64,000 nucleotides of DNA, taken from an uncultured Acidimicrobiales bacterium. Its GTDB lineage: Bacteria > Actinomycetota > Acidimicrobiia > Acidimicrobiales > DATKAS01. Where the stretch lies: NCBI GenBank assembly GCA_963773315.1, contig CAVZAF010000002.1, forward strand, positions 411,410 to 475,409, written 5' to 3'. Positions 62,248 to 64,000 of this stretch are shown here, piece after piece (position 1 is the first letter of the stretch; each line of letters starts with the position of its first letter). The translations under genes were made by a program, and so were the position numbers. A model generated the notes under the pieces. It saw only the letters and a program-made list of their open reading frames with translations. It did not search any database and was not told the DNA's origin.

Positions 62248-64000
62248 ATGACCGGACGGTTCAGCTACTCCCGGTGGGACGGCACGCAGGTCGGGTTCGA
62301 TCTCGACGCCGATGCGATCCTCGCGGAGATCACCGACGACCTGCTGTACCACGGCGATCTGAACAACGCCCTGCGGCGGATGATGCAGTCCGGGCTTCCG
62401 CGACCGCAACGGCGAGCGGCTCGAGGGCATCCGCGAGATGCTCGAGAAGCTCCGGCGCAAGCGCCGTGACGAGCTCGAGCGCTACGACCTCGGCGGGCGT
62501 CTACGACGACATCGCGCGAGGAGCTGCGCGAGGTGGTCGAGCAGGAGCGCGAGGCGCTCGACCAGCAGATGCAGCAGGCGCGCGCAGTCCGGCGACCAGC
62601 GTCGCCAGGAGACCGCGCAGCAGGCGACCGAAGAGCGGCACATGCAGCTCGACATGCTGCCTCCCGATCTCGCCGGTCAGGTGCGCGACCTGCAGCAGTA
62701 CGACTTCCAGTCGCCCGAGGCCCGCGCAGCGCTTCGAGGAGCTGCTCGACAAGCTCCGCCAGCAGCTCGCGCAGAGCTACTTCAACCAGATGGCCGGCGC
62801 GATGAGCAACGTCGACCCGAGCAGATGCAGCGGATGAAGGACATGCTCAACGCGCTGAACGAGATGCTCGCTCAACGGGAACGAGGCGAGGAGCCCGACT
62901 TCGAGAGCTTCATGCAGCGCTTCGGCGACTTCTTCCCCGAGAACCCGCAGAGCCTCGACGAGCTGCTCGAGATCATGGCGCAGCGGATGGCGGCGATGCA
63001 GTCGATGCTCAACTCGATGACGCCCGAGCAGCGCGCCCAGCTGCAAGGGCTCGCCGAGCAGCTGCTCGAAGACATGGACCTGCGCTGGCAGGTCGATCAG
63101 CTCGGCGAGCACCTGCGCGGCCTGTTCCCGCAGATGGGGTGGGATCGCCGGTACGACTTCAGCGGGCAGGACCCGCTGGGCTTCGCCGAGGCGGCACAGC
63201 TCATGGAGCAGCTCGGCGACATCGACCAGCTCGAGAACCTGCTCCGCGGCGCCACCAACCCCGGAGCGCTGGCGGAGGTCGACATCGATCGCGCCCGCGA
63301 CCTGCTCGGTGACCAGTCAGCCCGCAGCCTCGAGCGCCTCGCGGAGCTCGCCAAGATGCTCGAGCAGGCCGGGCCTGATCGAGAACAAGGAAGGCCGCTA
63401 CGAGCTGACGCCGAAGGGCATCCGCAAGATCGGGGCGAACGCGCTCTCCGATCTCTTCGCCAAGCTCGCCAAGGACAAGATGGGCAAGCACGAGCTCGAG
63501 CGCAGCGGCGTCGGGCACGAGCGCTCGTACGAGTCCAAGCCCTACGAGTTCGGCGACCCGTTCAACCTCGACATCCACCGCACGATCCGCAACGCGATCC
63601 AGCGCACGGGCGGCGGCACTCCGGTGCGGCTGTCACCCGACGACTTCGAGGTCGAGCGCACCGAGACGCTGGTGCGGTCGAGCACCGTGCTCATGCTCGA
63701 CCTGTCGCTGTCGATGCCGATGCGCGACAACTTCCTCGCCGCCAAGAAGGTGGCGATGGCGCTGCACTCGCTGATCTCGAGCCAGTTCCCGCGCGACTTC
63801 CTCGGCATCGTCGGGTTCTCCGAGATCGCCCGCGAGCTCAAGCCCGAGCAGCTGCCCGAGGTGTCGTGGGACTTCGTCTACGGCACGAACATGCAGCACG
63901 GGTTCCTGCTGAGCCGCCGCATGCTCGCTCGTCAGTCGGGCACGAAGCAGATCATCATGATCACCGACGGCGAGCCGACCGCCCACCTCCTGCCGGACGG
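62248..64000 (+). pseudogene. VWA domain-containing protein (partner of the AAA ATPase); the 3' end lies outside the window, and there are at least seven apparent frameshifts as given
   Basis: The translation is MTGRFSYSRWDGTQVGFDLDADAILAEITDDLLYHGDLNNALRRMMQSG..., then segments in alternating frames. It ends in the VWA core VLMLDLSLSMPMRDNFLAAKKVAMALHSLI...IIMITDGEPTAHL. Confidence 0.75.

Overview
This is a visibly very GC-rich chromosomal core segment; codon third positions are almost all G/C, though I did not compute a GC value. Gene order is actinobacterial in type. It runs from the end of the ribosomal alpha operon (rpsD-rpoA-rplQ) through truA, rplM-rpsI and glmM. Next come an oversized GlmS-like amidotransferase, acpS, nnr, alr, and the t6A operon tsaE-tsaB-rimI-tsaD. 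These are followed by CIRCE-controlled groES-groEL, a guaB3-like gene, guaA, zapE, pcrA, an acyl-CoA synthetase, sucCD, purN-purH, sdhAB and an H+-pyrophosphatase. The window ends with mdh, an aldehyde dehydrogenase, metF, a GH2 glycosidase and an AAA/VWA pair. I found no rRNA, tRNA, convincing CRISPR array, transposase or integrase. Points worth a second look: (1) A 354-codon intein splits helicase motif III of PcrA, and its central domain looks GIY-YIG-like by eye rather than LAGLIDADG or HNH. (2) A minus-strand operon at 48.0-50.2 kb has a stand-alone PEP-utilizing swivel (phosphohistidine) domain protein followed by two proteins I cannot assign. (3) A 1139-aa GlmS-like protein occupies the usual glmS position. 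(4) About 35-40 apparent single-base frameshifts, mostly G or C insertions, fall in otherwise well-conserved genes, with dense clusters at 48.0-50.6 kb and 62.39-62.82 kb. (5) Two non-coding regions are rich in structure or repeats (22708-23125 and 57154-57739). All family assignments come from reading the translations by eye; no database search was run.
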